A DNA stretch of 64,000 nucleotides from Chrysomallon squamiferum (taxonomy: Eukaryota; Animalia; Mollusca), in assembly GCA_012295275.1 (NCBI GenBank), contig CM022669.1, positions 6,758,001 to 6,822,000 on the forward strand, given 5' to 3'. The notes below the pieces were generated by a model. That model had not been told where the DNA came from and made no database searches. It was given only the letters and a program-made list of their open reading frames with translations. This document shows positions 13,901 to 60,279 of this stretch, one piece after another (the stretch's first letter is position 1; each line of letters begins with the position of its first letter). Position numbers and translations under genes: made by a program.

Positions 13901-14647
13901 AAATTTTTACTTTTTTCTTTTTGAATACCTGATTACAGGAAATGCAGCTGTAAAGAGTGTCTTTATTTTGTAATTATTACTTAGTTGAGTGGTGTTTCAG
14001 TGGTTTTTTTTTTTTTTTTTTTATTTTTCACAAACCTTAGCTCCAGAACCAATACAGTAGACATTTGGTATTCTTCCAAATAAATTCTGAATATTTACCA
14101 GAGAAGAGGACACAGTGTGAAGCCATGTTTGATCACTGTCCTAAAATATAAAACTCATTGCCATTGCTGATTTAATTATTATTATTATTATTACCATATT
14201 TATATAGCACTTTTTACCATACTAAGTAAGTTCAAGGTATTATATGGTATTAAAATGTATTCAGTGAGTAATAAGTAATTTATCAGTATTCAAAATGTAA
14301 CAGTTGAGCTTTGAAAGAGATAGAAGAAAATTTAAAAATAAGTATTTTTCAGATTTAGTTTTTGTTTGTTTTATTTTTATTTATTTATTTTTATTTTAGG
14401 TTATTTTTTATTTTTCATCAGAAGGATAGATATTTTAATAATACTAAAATGGTTATATCAATATGAATGCATATATTAGAAGTTCAAAAGTATAAAACTG
14501 TAATAGAATAAATACAGAAACAATTATTTTATTACGTCTGAGAAATTTTTAGAAGAACAACGTAAATCTTAATTACATAAAATTAAATAAATAAACAAAA
14601 TATTTTATAAATACATATATACATATATACACACACACCAACACATT

Positions 14648-14686
<39 letters not shown>

Positions 14687-16845
14687 TTCATAAAATGAAC
14701 TGAAGAATTCTGGTAATTCCAGAGACAGAAGATCTCTATCAAGGGGAATGAAATCAAGAGGAAACTCTTCAATTGCAATATGACCAAATACACCTTCATG
14801 TTCCAAAACCATCTCAGAAACATGAGTCTGAAAAATCAAAATGTCAAAATATATATTATAGAAATATTAGTAAAATATTTTTAACTGTTGATCTGTTATA
14901 AAACCAACTTTTTTTATTAACTTTAATTTGTTATTGCTGAATTTATATATGAGTTTTCAGGAATAAACTGATAGTTCCAAATTAAAATATTAAACTTAAT
15001 TTTCATAAATTACAACTAAATGATCATATATATATATATTCCATGTATGTAATGATAGCATTAAATAAAAAAACATTTCAGACACTTATCATTAACAGCA
15101 CTTTTTTTTGTTAACATATTCAAACTTTCACAAGCCAAGACATGAAATATAATAATATTTTCCAAATTCCTCTTTTTCTCCCCTGCTATTTTACAACTAA
15201 TCTTTTCTTGCAGGATAATATGAAATTATATTAACAATTCAAGGTTAAAAAAAAAAGAAGAAGAATGAAAGAGCACCTTTCGAGGCACCATAATAATTGT
15301 GTATGATCTTTTTAATCCTTGGTTCTGTTCAGCATTGATGTGATCTGCGATACATTTCATTGTCTTCATCTCTGGTCGCACAAAATAGAACCGACTTAAA
15401 GGAAAAAATATATTTTATAAAAATTATTAGCATATAAATGAACTAAGTGTAGAAAAAAAATATATATATAAATAATACACAATGTGACAATTGAATAAAT
15501 AACTAAACATTATTCTAAACAGTATACACACTTTATGAACAATAACATAGTGTAATTTACTTGATAATAGGAACAATAATAATAAAAATATAAATAATAA
15601 TAATAATAATACTAAGAAGAAGAAGAAGAAAGATTGAAAGAAAGAAAGAAAAAAGATTGAAAGAAAGAAAGAAAATTTGAAGAATAAATACTTTTATCTT
15701 TCTATTCAAGTTGAAATATCCTTTCAGTTTTGTATTCTCAGTTTTTCTTTATCACTAGTAGCTGAAGCGATGGTACTATCTAGCTTTTTTCATGTTAAAA
15801 AATAATATTTTACTATTAATATTAAAATATACTGATTTGTCATTAAAGAAACCTTTATTCATTCCACACAAACAGTTTTTCATTATTTCTGATAATTTCT
15901 TATTAAAACGAAACAAAATTAAAAACAAAATTAAAATCATAACAATATATTATTTTAGTACAAATTTTACCTGTGTCCTCCTGGTAAACTTTTTTGTGCT
16001 GCATCTAGAATAAATATTTTGTCCACTCCATGTTGCTGAAAAAAATAAAAATAAATAAAACAAAAATATTCAAAAAGGAGGAAACTGTCATAAACATTTT
16101 TATTTAAGAAACATTTTTCAAATGCTGCATCAAATGTCATGAGTTATGAATTCAGTTTATGGCTTTGATTATTTTAAAGCTGTTTAATACATCAACTTGC
16201 TTTTATTCAATATATTTACCCATTTTATTTAGATATGAAAATTACTTATAAGTAATTAGTTCTATTTCATTCATTCATAAAATAAAAATGAATTGTTTTT
16301 CATTTGTTTACCCTCAAAAAGGAAATGCCTGCTATTCTGTCTAGGGCCTTCATTAGGTTTGAACCAATGACTAGATCTTTCGAATCTGGTTCCTGCAACA
16401 GAAATGAATATTAAAACAGAAACTGGCTAGAAAGAAATCAGATCTGATTAAACCCTTATTAATTATTAAAAAAAAAAACAACCAAAAACATGACTTTTAG
16501 CTGTGAAAATCTCCATAATCGTTATAATTTATTTACCAAACACTAAAACGTGTATTTATTATTGCCAGATTATTAAATTATAATTTATAAAGTTTATATA
16601 AAAGATCTTAATGAATTTAATATTTCATGATTTTATTGTTGGGAACTAAGTAATAACATATCATATGATCATTGAGATAACAGAGTGTATCATGACTGTA
16701 TCGCCAGCTATTTTTCAGTGTCGGGCCTTGAAACCGCACTGTTTAAAATATTTTAAATATATATCATATATATATATATTCATACAGATTGCAAAAGATG
16801 TGCTAGACGTTTCCTTGAGATTTCTCTGATTTCATTAACATCCAT
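7649..16845 (-). CDS. VPS33B: Vacuolar protein sorting-associated protein 33B (Sec1/Munc18 family), complete, 19 exons, 598 aa
   Basis: Exons 16845-16786, 16392-16312, 16035-15971, 15394-15277, 14827-14687, 14140-14036, 13642-13552, 13134-13057, 12773-12700, 12171-12085, 11678-11585, 11273-11199, 10782-10718, 10597-10496, 9967-9809, 9420-9319, 8682-8580, 8261-8145, 7728-7649; 1797 nt, in frame, GT-AG. Motifs [85 protein letters not shown] and [16 protein letters not shown] resemble VPS33B more than VPS33A. Confidence 0.95.
10268..10480. repeat. Compound (AAT)n/(AAAAT)n/poly-A/(AAAAC)n simple repeat in a VPS33B intron
   Basis: Read directly from the sequence. Confidence 0.9.
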
Positions 16846-17070
16846 GATTAGTTCAACAAATATCCAAAACACGGAAATGGGAGTAATAAAGGGAGTTAAC
16901 TCGATTTATCGGCACGCTCAAGTCTCGATTAAAGCCTACCTGTGACCAATATAAACTGCTGAGCATACATTTTCAATGCCCCGTCAAACTATCAGAAGTA
17001 GATATCAATTTCCGGCGATGGCTGTTAAGTTAAGCTGATGATTTAAATATTTAGAAATCGGCTGTCAGAA
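16846..17070 (-). promoter_or_regulatory. Probable VPS33B proximal promoter/5' UTR
   Basis: CpG-containing patch immediately upstream of the ATG, with ETS-like cores (ACGGAAAT at 16871, TTCCGG at ~17010); it marks the end of the CpG-depleted block. Confidence 0.4.
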
Positions 17071-17766
17071 AAAAAGAAAAAAAAGAAAAATAAGTAAAAT
17101 AAAATAAAAATATAAATAAAAAAACAATAAAAAAATAATAATAAATAAATAAGAATATGCTATTTTATATCACAAATATGTATATCGTTTGTCGTTTGAT
17201 ATTAACAGTGGGAAAAACAAAGTTATAAATATTCTGGAAGACAGAAAAAAAAAAAGATTGTTTAAAAAACGTATCTTCGATTTTCTAATAAAGTCAGTTT
17301 TTGTGTTTTAGAGAAAACAGAGTTTGCAAATTAATTGTCTTACATTAGCTAAAGATATTTACCATATTATGACGATGTTTTAGCCAGTGCGATATTATTC
17401 GTGTGAGTTCTTTAAAGTGAAGTTTGAAAGTGATCCGATCTGAAACTAACAGAAATTTAATATTTCCATTTATTAGTAATATCTTGTGAAAATTAATATA
17501 AATTTCTATTTTTTAATAATTGTTAAGGTCCTTCTCAACTGTATCAAACTTCTTTCTTTTATGTTTAGAATTTTGTATTAGGAGCATATCTCCACTATAG
17601 ACCATTTTTTTTTATTTTTTTTATTAAGCATTATTACTATTACTGTTTATTATTATGATTATTATTATGATTATGATTATTATTATTATTTTATTTTTTT
17701 CTAATAACACAAGAAGTTAACGTCGCAGGACTTCATATTTTTTCTCTTGGATTTAATATTCACAGA

Positions 17767-17799
<33 letters not shown>

Positions 17800-20700
17800 T
17801 TGTATGATTTTATGTTCTTTAATTTTATTTTAATTTGAAAAATTATGCCTTTTGACTGAATCACTTGCCCTTGGCATTCCATTCTGTGTCTTAATCTTTT
17901 AAACTGAGATTTATTTAGAAATATGGCTGGAATTCACACGCTGAAAACGCCATATATCAAGAAATACAAACGTACTTGATAAATTAGTGGAATTTAAAAT
18001 GATTTATAATAAAAAGTATTTGTGCCTTTAATTTGAAAGGTTTATAGGCAATTTTCGTAAGCATGTTAAGATACTGATAACCATCTTTTCGAATTTTGGA
18101 TTCGTTTTTGCATATATTACGTCATTGTTTTAAGTCCTCCATTTTTCTCTAATGATTAGACGTATTGTGGATTTTCATATTGTTGATAATTCATTTTAAA
18201 ATAAACCCAGGTAGTTGCCACTCCTTTAATACAGTATTCTGAGGCTGATACATCAATGGCAGCAATGTGTTTTCCCTGTGTTTTGCGAGGCTCTTTTCAT
18301 GAATATATTTAAAATATTGTTTAATTCGTTATTCCAGCAAATTTCGATACTTCACGCTACAATTAATTCTAAGGAAGCTGACGTTGCGTACTTCGAGAGT
18401 ATAAACCTTAAAAACTGAGACCCACATACAAGATGTTTTGTCACCACACTTCAGCCTCTTGTTTGGGCTGTCACTTGTTTTTCGCTTCAGACTGATTTTA
18501 CAAAAGATCACGTGCTTTTTCGCCTTTTGGGGCATCATGTCTGTATATCTTGTTTCTTTACACTGCCGCTGTGTCTGAATAGCAACTGTCACACATACAG
18601 GAGAAGAGATAGTAGAGAAATAACCCAACATTACTAAAATATACATAAAAATACAGAACGAAAAGTTGATCGATGGGGTTACGTTTCAACAGCAGCTACA
18701 AACAAATGTCTGGAATAGGATACATTGCGATGCGCTGGTGGAATGTAGACAGAGAAAACAAGACATTGGATATTGCAATAATTTATTATTAAGAAGATAA
18801 ACACTTTATTTTTTTTAAAATCGTACAAAACGTAATAAACATAATACATAATTTAGCTCACTTATAACAGCATGAAGCAAAGAACAAAAGACTCAAGAAA
18901 TTCATCATTTGTCCCATATCTTTTACGACTTCAAAATAAACGTGTAAGGACTTAGTCCCTCGGCAGGCCTACATCTTTTACGGCCTACGCTGTCGAATGT
19001 TTGTCTGTAAAACTAATCTTCCAAAATACAGTTTGTATACACAACATGATATCAATATTCATTCACCAATGAACGAAAAAGGAAAAGACAAAAACACAGT
19101 TTAAATAATGTGTAGCCCTGTTACGTTACTAGTAATTAGTCTAATCATATTTTTTCACCTGTCGTATTTTTTATTTTATTTTCTATGACCAGTGGAAATA
19201 CAGAGCCTGACATTTTTATTTTGATCGTATACTCGTGAATTACTTGTTGAAATAATAATAATAAAGCTTTTGGAAATACCTAAAAAAAAAAAAAAGAAAT
19301 TAAAAGGAGAAATCACCGAAGCAGTTATCAGTATATAAAAACAAAAAATTTCCGCCATTTTATTTAGTTTTGGTGACACTCGAGCACGTTAGGAAATTAA
19401 AAGAAACAAAAAGTAGGAAACAGAAAAAGAAATATTTGTTACAATTATCATAATCATCATTATGATCGATAACGTACTTGAATTATGCGTAAAATGTTTT
19501 ACTTTCTTATTTGTTTTATAAATGTTTGGTTTATTACGGATAACCTAATTTATATGAGAAAGAAAGAAAAAAAAAAAAAAAAATAGACCGATAAACTAGC
19601 TTATAGAATAATTTATAGAGTTGGTGAAAATATTAACAAAATTATCGTATATATAACACTTTTTTTTACAATGTATTCCAAATAGAAAGAAAAATTACAA
19701 TAGCTATAAATCACCATAAACTGGTGTACTATCGTTACATTTATAATCCTGATTCTTAAAAGCAAATAAAACAGTCACTTGAAAGTGTATAAGAACTATA
19801 TAGGCGATTTGACCGTGTCACAACAGGTACTTTCTAACAAGAAAAACAAAAAAACATCAAAGTATATGAAACAAGTTTAGTCTGTTATTTTCGCCCCATC
19901 ACGTTTTAAAGGAATAATGGCGTGTTTAGTTACATAGTTATAGACAATAGGATAAATAACTTGGCAATGTTCAGTAAAGTATTGAATCCACGGGAAAATA
20001 TTATCAGAGAAATATTCTTCTCCACGTCACATTTTGCCTCAAAACAGAACAATGATTTAACTGATCGAATATCTTGTAAATCTGACACTTTAAAATAGAA
20101 AAAAAAAAAACCATCTATTCCAGAAAAGAAAAGAAGAACGCTCAATAAATAAATAAATAAATAAATATAAAACTCAAAACAAATACAAATACAAAAATAA
20201 AAATAAAAGACTTTAATAATTAAACACACCCACATGTAACTTGACCTGTGTATAATATAATCTGATAACATTAAATTCGTGAGAAATAAATTAAGAAAGA
20301 AACCGACAGACACGAGAAACCAGTTTTAAGAAAGCATCTGAAATAGTTTTCATTTTCGGATAGGCCACTCTAAATTACCTATTTGATTTTCATACAATTT
20401 CTAATGTTTTATTGTTCCAAAAAGGTCCTGGGATGAATTTTATTTTGTAATTGTATTTTTGGAACATTGGAAATAAAGCACGGTTTTGTGTACTTTTCTT
20501 TTTTTGTTCTATTTAACATAATGTTTTTTATTATTATTATTATTTTTTTTTAATTTTTTTTTTTAATTTCCTTTATGTTATTTATCAAATTAATGTATCT
20601 CTTTGTTTCCCATGGAGAATACATTTCGCTTCAGACAACAAAATACACGTAACTGCAGATCAGATTTCATTTGCAATATGCATTAACTGTTCGAGGTAGA

Positions 20701-22380
20701 AAACAAATATTATAATCGAGTACAATATCTGCAGTATTTGCCGATATGTGAACGTCTTAGCAATAATTGTTAAATAAAAGCAAAATTAAATTATAATCGT
20801 ACAGTCTAATTCGAAATAATATTTATTTTTCATATCTAACTACGTTATTAATATTATTATTATGTACATCTAAACAGCTACGACAATCTATTTGCAACAT
20901 AAAAATAATTTTCAAAAATAGCACCAATTTTTAAATATTGCTTTATGTTAAATTAGACTGGTAATCGGCAAGAAACCTTTGCTTAGGTGAGCAACGAAAC
21001 GTCACACAAGAATCCTGTACATTCTAATGAGACATGCATTCCTATTGGCTACTGACATGACAACTGCTTCATCTAATGATATTCATCTTCCTATTGGCTA
21101 CTGGTATTGTCACTCCTAGAATAACTGAATAATAAATGTCTTATTACACTGGCTATGCAGATTATATCTCAGTGTATTTACTACTTATAGCTATTGTTCT
21201 TTTTCTGTCAGCAGGATGATAAACTCGCTGGTTAACATCTGTTAACGTAAATGTTATTTTCACTGCTGAGAATGAAAGCTGTCTAGTGCCTACGGACCCC
21301 GTCTTTCATTTAGCAAAGTAACACCAGCCATTCTAACGGCTATCGGCACCGTCTGCAGTTCATTCGTCGAAATAATGTAAACCTTTTTATTGACTCAAGA
21401 ACGCACTCTCACCTTTAACAAAATGAAATATGCCATCGCATTGCTTGTTGACTAAAGGTATTATCTGTTAAACTAAACTAAACTTCTGAGATATCTTTCT
21501 GACGTGTCCACCACAGACATAATAAACCAGTTCTCTGAAATATAATCTATCCATCCATCTAGTAGTCACACTAGTAGAATGAGTATCTAAAACGTGAAGA
21601 TAATAGAACTGTTTTCCATGTTTTGCCCTCGATGTCTTGCTCATGACAAGCTTCGTACGTATCTAAAGTAAAACAAAAGGACCACAGGCGACTTGCTATC
21701 AATGCAGAGAGTAACTGTTCTGGATTCGTTTGTCTCTGCCCGTTTAACCTCTTTACCTCCATAAACATTCATCCTGACTCTTACTACATACTCATCCTAT
21801 TTCAAATCTTCATTTTGTTAAGTCTGTCCATTGGAATTATAAGATATTAAGCCAAAATATAAATAAATAAATAAATGAAAAATAATATCGTTAATTTCAT
21901 AACCGGTCTCACAATTATGCTTGAGAATATATATTTTTTTTCTTTGTTTTCTAAATATTTAGTAGATAGAAAGACTACATCTCTACACACCCCAACCCCT
22001 AAAAAAGTAAATAATAAATAAATAAAATCCAACAAACGAGAACAAACAAAACAAACAAATAAAACAAAACAAAACAAAAAAGATAACATAAAATTAGTAA
22101 ATACAATAAAGTAAAAGAAAAGAATCTGGTCTTTTTGAAGGACAGCTAACCAGCAGTAAAATTTCAAATATTTTCCCGAAAAACAACAGCCCAAAAAGAA
22201 CAAATTATTTCGTTCATTCTCACTCGTGCTAAGACTATAAATGGAACGTATACAGGCGGTAGAACCTGGATCCCTGCGTGTTTTTTTGGCATTTCGCTAG
22301 ATATCACATGTCGAAAATGCTTCGTTTTATTATTTTTGGTATAGTTATAGAATGGTCCCTGGTTAACCTATGTGACGACG

Positions 22381-54513
<32,133 letters not shown>

Positions 54514-54662
54514 TTTGGAGATGGCCGATAAAAACCTCCATCAATTGTTAATTGCAGATTTAGTGGTCAGTCGTTTCCCGCTGTTCAAACTGACAACGTC
54601 TGCGAACTTGCGTAATGTCGTCTGCCTCGCGACTGAAGTTTGAAAAACGAAAAGTTGTGGCA
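54514..54662 (-). other. 5' UTR part of the long-isoform signal-peptide exon, with two tandem splice acceptors
   Basis: Minus-strand acceptors tttatttccgtctcgtctgcag| (exon start 54662) and cttttcgtttttcaaacttcag| (exon start 54632), 30 nt apart, imply an upstream non-coding exon. Confidence 0.5.
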
Positions 54663-55231
54663 CTGCAGACGAGACGGAAATAAACCGGATAATTGTGTGC
54701 GTTTTATGTCTGTTTTGCGCAGTGTTTGGTCATTAATTACAGGCCGGTTTATTTGGTATAAAACGTCATTGTCTACATTTTTGTTTTATTTCATTTTTAA
54801 TTCGCGTGTTATACATTCCTGTCGGTACATTTTTGTTTCTTTTTCTTTTTCTTTCGCTCTTTCGTTATTTATTTAATAATTTATTATTTTATTGAAATCA
54901 AATTTAAGAGAAAAAAAAATCCCTGATAATTATGTTCTTCAGTATTTTTTGCGCATGTTATTTTCATCTATAAACAAAAAACCCTCTCGGTTAACCAAAA
55001 AGAATGGTATAGCTGGGAGATGATGAAAAGGTACACAGAGCAGTAATTGGTCTAATGAATCAAAGGTATTCGGATCTCTCCCTGAGACCGGCAATTAATG
55101 TAATTAATTGAATAGTTCTTGATCGTTTTCTCTTTAACTATAATACAAGACTAATAATGATTTACTACAATAAAAATTCCTTGTATTGCAAAAAGAACAA
55201 AACTTTCTTTTAAAAATGAAAACGAAAAGAA

Positions 55232-55329
<98 letters not shown>

Positions 55330-58300
55330 TTGTATGTTTTAACTGGGCCACGAGGAACTTTGAACTTTCCGTAAGCCCTAGTTCTCATCCACGTTCGTAT
55401 TTGAACATCAAGTTGACACTAGTAGAGCCACGTGACCTTGTTGACACGACAGGTGTAAATTTATGTTTAGACAGTAAACAAAACCAACAGAGGCACGTAC
55501 TTGCACATCTCAGGTGAAAACCGACCTGTCACTAGATTATAGATACACAGACACATTTAAGTGTAACCACACATATGGTTATAATATAAACAAAAGAAAG
55601 GGTCAAAAAAATAATTACCGAGATCTCTAGTCTACGAAAAATTTTAAATGTAGTATTTTATTCCATATACGTCATTATGATGTTGTTTTTTCACTGCACC
55701 TTCTTTTATAACGAAACAATGTGACTTACAAAATCACCTTTTCCATAATTCAATTTTGTCGCAACAGTGTTCTTATTTTACTGGATCAAAGAGAACTAGT
55801 TGCTGAGAAAGTCGTATTTTGTTTGACCAGCTGGTATGAGAGTTATCACACACATACATTACCTCCCTCCCCACCCTTGTTTATCAGAGCGAATTCCACA
55901 GCGAGTACAACGAGTAACATAACTGGTCGTGTACGGACACCCCTCTCAGATCCACATTCTGTTTCTTTTCAGTTTTACAAAGAAATAACTGTCAGAAAGA
56001 GCTACATACCAGAAAAGCTGAAACCACTACCTGTTTCGTTACTTGAAAAAAAAAAAAAAAAAAAAAAATCTAAAGTGACCGATCCAGTGAGAAAGAACAA
56101 AATCCGAGTTCCCTTTTTAGTTATTTATTTATTGATTGATTTATTGCTGTTATTGTTGTTACTGTTGTTATTGTCGGTACTATTATTATTACTATTATTA
56201 TTATTATTACAACTGTTATTATTATTTAGATAACGATATTGCTAATACTTTAGAGCGTAACTGTATAACTGTAATAAATAACTGCGTAAGGATGAAAATA
56301 ATAACGAACGAACAGAGAGATATAGCACGTAATTATTATGATACCTTGCTATATGTGCAGTAATAATGTTTAATTATGTTAGAATTATATCTATAATCAT
56401 GCTTTTTCTCATACAACACAGATGTTTGAATACGTTCTATAATGATAATCTAAGTACTAGATAAGTCAGAATACTAGGAAAGAAACAATGAATGAATGAC
56501 CAAAAGGCTGATTAAGCTGATTGAATAAATAAATGAATGAACGAAGATATGAATGTATTAACGTAAATTAAATGTCAATATGAATATTTACTTTGTGTCT
56601 GAAACAAAGTAATACAGAAATCGATTATCGAATCGATTGTCACGGATTATTTGCGATATTTTTTCTCCAATTATCGTCATTTATAGTTCATTATATCCCA
56701 TTCATTTTTTTATCGCACTGACATAAATGGCTAAAAATAAATACAACTTCCTTTTTTTAATCCTTTCTTCTTCCTCTAATATCCGTTGTCTGGAGATAAC
56801 CTATTTTCGTTCTTGCCATATGGTTCCGTTCAAATGCACATTAACTGTTTCACTTCCAACCGTATCAAGTTTCAGAGAGAAAGAGAGAAAGAGAAAATGC
56901 CATTAACCTCTTCTAAGAAATGCTTTACTACACTGAAGTTCAGCGTTATCAATGATTTTTACGCTATTCGACTTTTTACGAAAAAGTTCTTCCACTATTT
57001 TTGTTTTTCTGCTGACGTTTGCAGTTCCATTGCAGTACTTTAAGTTGTAAAATAAAGATCGTATCTTGCGCTGTTTTAACTTTGTTTATTTACAGTTCCC
57101 AAACAACGAGAAGAACAGTAAATAACCGTGGCGCATTAAGGTTAAATGTTTCATGGAGACAAATGTTCAATCTGTCATGCTTTCTTTTCCGTCTTTTCTA
57201 TTTATATTTCATAATGTTGACAGAAAGGAGTGCCATGAATAGAAATATCTGCTAAAGTCGTTTCTTCTTATTGTAATTTGATTTACGATAATTTAAATCT
57301 GTTTATGTACATTTAGGCGATGATAAAGAAGTAACCGAGAATACTGATCTGGCGCCAAAAAACTCTCGACTGATTGTCTTTAATTAATGTTATGTCGACT
57401 CACGTACTGGAACCACAAAAACACGAGACGGAAATCTAAACTTCTGCAATTCAGCGCGTGTACGAATATTTGGCATTTTCTCTCACACCATTTTTGCACT
57501 TCAGAAGGAATCTGCTGATTCCTGCAATCACAGAAGACAGATAATGTTTATAAGAGCTTATGTAAATACATCGATTCGTTGCCAAGCTATTCACCGCAAA
57601 AGAGCGGAAGACAGCCAACGAAAGCCATCCACTGTGTTCATTTTTCTGAGTTATTCGAAACCAGTCCAAAGTGATGGATGTTTATACGGGTAAGCTGTGT
57701 TTTAGTAAACCGATACAAAAATATAGAGTAGTTACAAAAAAAATCACACAATCGCCTGCAGAGTAAAACCATTAGCCTGAGATAGGCTTTTGTCGAGTAT
57801 ACTCTAAATACACAGTGAAACAGGAAACCGAAAACATCAGGGAGAGAGGAGGGTTGGTCCAAAAAACGATAGTGTTATTTTAAGAAAGAAAAACTAATTT
57901 AAAAAAAAGAGACAATGGAAGGAGTGATACATCTGCAGTTGAGACTGCAAGCTAATCTCGAAAGTGACAGAAACGTTTCACACCATTTGACATCGTCTTT
58001 GTTTCTTGAGTACCGCAATACTCCTCTCTGGCTATTTTATGATACAGCCAAAGTTCCTCCAGAGCTGAGTCAAAGGTTGTGGTGTGTTCTCGATAGTCTG
58101 TGGATAATTTGACTTTTCTTCTGTTCATACATCATAAAAAAAATATCACTCTGGTGTTTAAAAGTTTTACACAAGATTCCCTGGAATCCGAGATCAAGAT
58201 TTCCCAGTGTTTATGCTACGGAGTTGAGAAACACAACAAAGCGCATTAACAAAATATTGTATATGGCAAAACTCCTTTACGCAGGAAAATGAAATCTTGA

Positions 58301-58819
58301 TTATCTTAAATAAATACGTCTGAATAATATATGCACAGAAATATTTATCTTTTTGTTTTTCTTTTTTTAAAATGTGTTATTTCTATTTCTTCTCTTTTTT
58401 TTTTTGCTATTTCGTAGGCAAATAAAAGATTTACACAGGAACTGACTTTAAGGATATGGTTAAGAAATCTCTAAATTCACTGAACTAAAAACATAAAAAT
58501 AAATTTATATGGGGAAGACAGGGTTCAGAAGTCTAAATATGTAGTTTAAAGAAAAGAAAAATGAACGGTCCAGAATGGCCTAGCAGCTACAAATATGGTC
58601 CCACTCTCCCACCTTTTAGTTCTTTCAGACTGGTTCCTTATGTGACTAGATTTCGTTAATGTGTAAGTTTTCTTTTTAATTTTTTTTTAATTTTTTACAT
58701 TCTTTCTTTCTTTCCTTTTACGTACTCCGTAATTCATTCCTGCCTACAATTAGGGATAAACAACCCTTTTATGTAACAAGTGCAAACATATTAACAGTGT
58801 TTGAAAGCGATGGACGGAT

Positions 58820-59036
58820 GCGTGAAAGGTTTTGCTACGTGAAGGTACAGCGAATTACGTGGCCAAAGTGCGAGAACTGACGTGTGGTTTACACGTGTTG
58901 TCTGGGTCTGAACGTGGCTCCCATACGCGGAGAAAAATCTCGTCAATTAGTAGGAAGATTTCTCGTCGAGGCTGACAATACCTGGCAAACAGCTTTGAAA
59001 ACTGAGAGAGCGTAAAATGATCCGTTACGTGGCGTG
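58820..59036. promoter_or_regulatory. Homotypic RCGTG cluster, candidate bHLH-PAS enhancer
   Basis: ACGTG at 58837, 58857, 58880, 58893, 58912 and 59027; GCGTG at 58820 and 59032; all read on the plus strand. Confidence 0.45.
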
Positions 59037-59317
59037 GCGGTATGAGAGTGGAGGATGCAGGAAGAAAGACAGAGAGAAAAAAAAAAAAAAAAAAAGTAAA
59101 GGAGAAAGGGGAGAAAAAAAAAAGAGAGAAAAATTATACAGTTTGATGATTATCAGTAATCGCCTGTCTAAACAAATCAGTTGTGGTTGTAAAAAAAAAA
59201 AAGAGGGAAAGATTAGATAGATAAACATACAATATGCCAACAGACACACAGACAGACAGACAGAAATAAAGATTTAAAAAAAGGTAATGAAATACTTTAA
59301 ATGCGCGCGCTGACACA

Positions 59318-59358
<41 letters not shown>

Positions 59359-60201
59359 AATAAACAGCTTCAAAAAGTCAGCAATGAATAAACGATCTTA
59401 ATCAACTTAATTATACGTAATGTACTTCTTTTTTTCACAATACAATAAGTGAGCTTAGCAATAAGAATTCTTTTTTCCACGGCCTTTCCAAAGACAGGAT
59501 AAACCAGCAATGGCGCACGCATTGGAAGGAACAGGAAACAAATATCTGCATTGAAACGAACTGGATTCTCTTTTCTTATCAGACCTCGGAATGGCGCTAT
59601 GATGTACAGCGATTTTAAATTGTGAAAAGACTTTTTTTTTTTTTTTTTTTTAACAAAGGTTAGGCAGTCTTTCGCTGTATTTTAAAAAACGATAACGGTC
59701 GCTGGAGTGAAGACTGCATGCTGTGTACTTCAGACTGAAAATTAAAGTAAATTCTTTTATGAATAAACTTTTATGATCGGCTTTTAATGTTTGAACACGC
59801 ACTGTTTAAAGAGGCGTGTATTTGGATTCACGGGATGATCATTAACGGTACAAAACCAGGGACGGGTCCCAATGTCCTGAAGTGAGGAGGGTGCGATCAT
59901 TGTGTTGGGTATAAAATAGTCATGATATATATATATATATATATATAAAATATAGAGGCATTTCTGGTTAAAAAGGGTTAAAAAGACAGATAAAACGCGA
60001 GTTACGTTATAGTTTTGTTTATCCGAACGCAGTGTTCTGTCTACTTGAAAAGTACACCATGAAAATAACACCATCTTTGAAATCGAGATAAGATAAGTTC
60101 AAGAAGTATGTATGAGATACAAAAATAAAAAATCTGAAAAAAAGTCATGGTCAGGAAAGAAGATATGAATGAAAAAATATTATACTCATACAATATTCAT
60201 T

Positions 60202-60279
60202 CATACATACATACATACATACATACATACATACATACATACATACATACATACATACATACATACATACATACATACA
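60202..60279. repeat. (CATA)n tetranucleotide microsatellite
   Basis: Read directly from the sequence. Confidence 0.95.

Noticed and set aside
18329-18646. 105-aa ORF in a GC-richer patch between madd-4 and VPS33B
   Set aside because: No recognisable domain, splice structure or RNA-gene motif.
59965-59981. aaagggttaa resembling a piggyBac-type terminus
   Set aside because: No matching opposite end was found.
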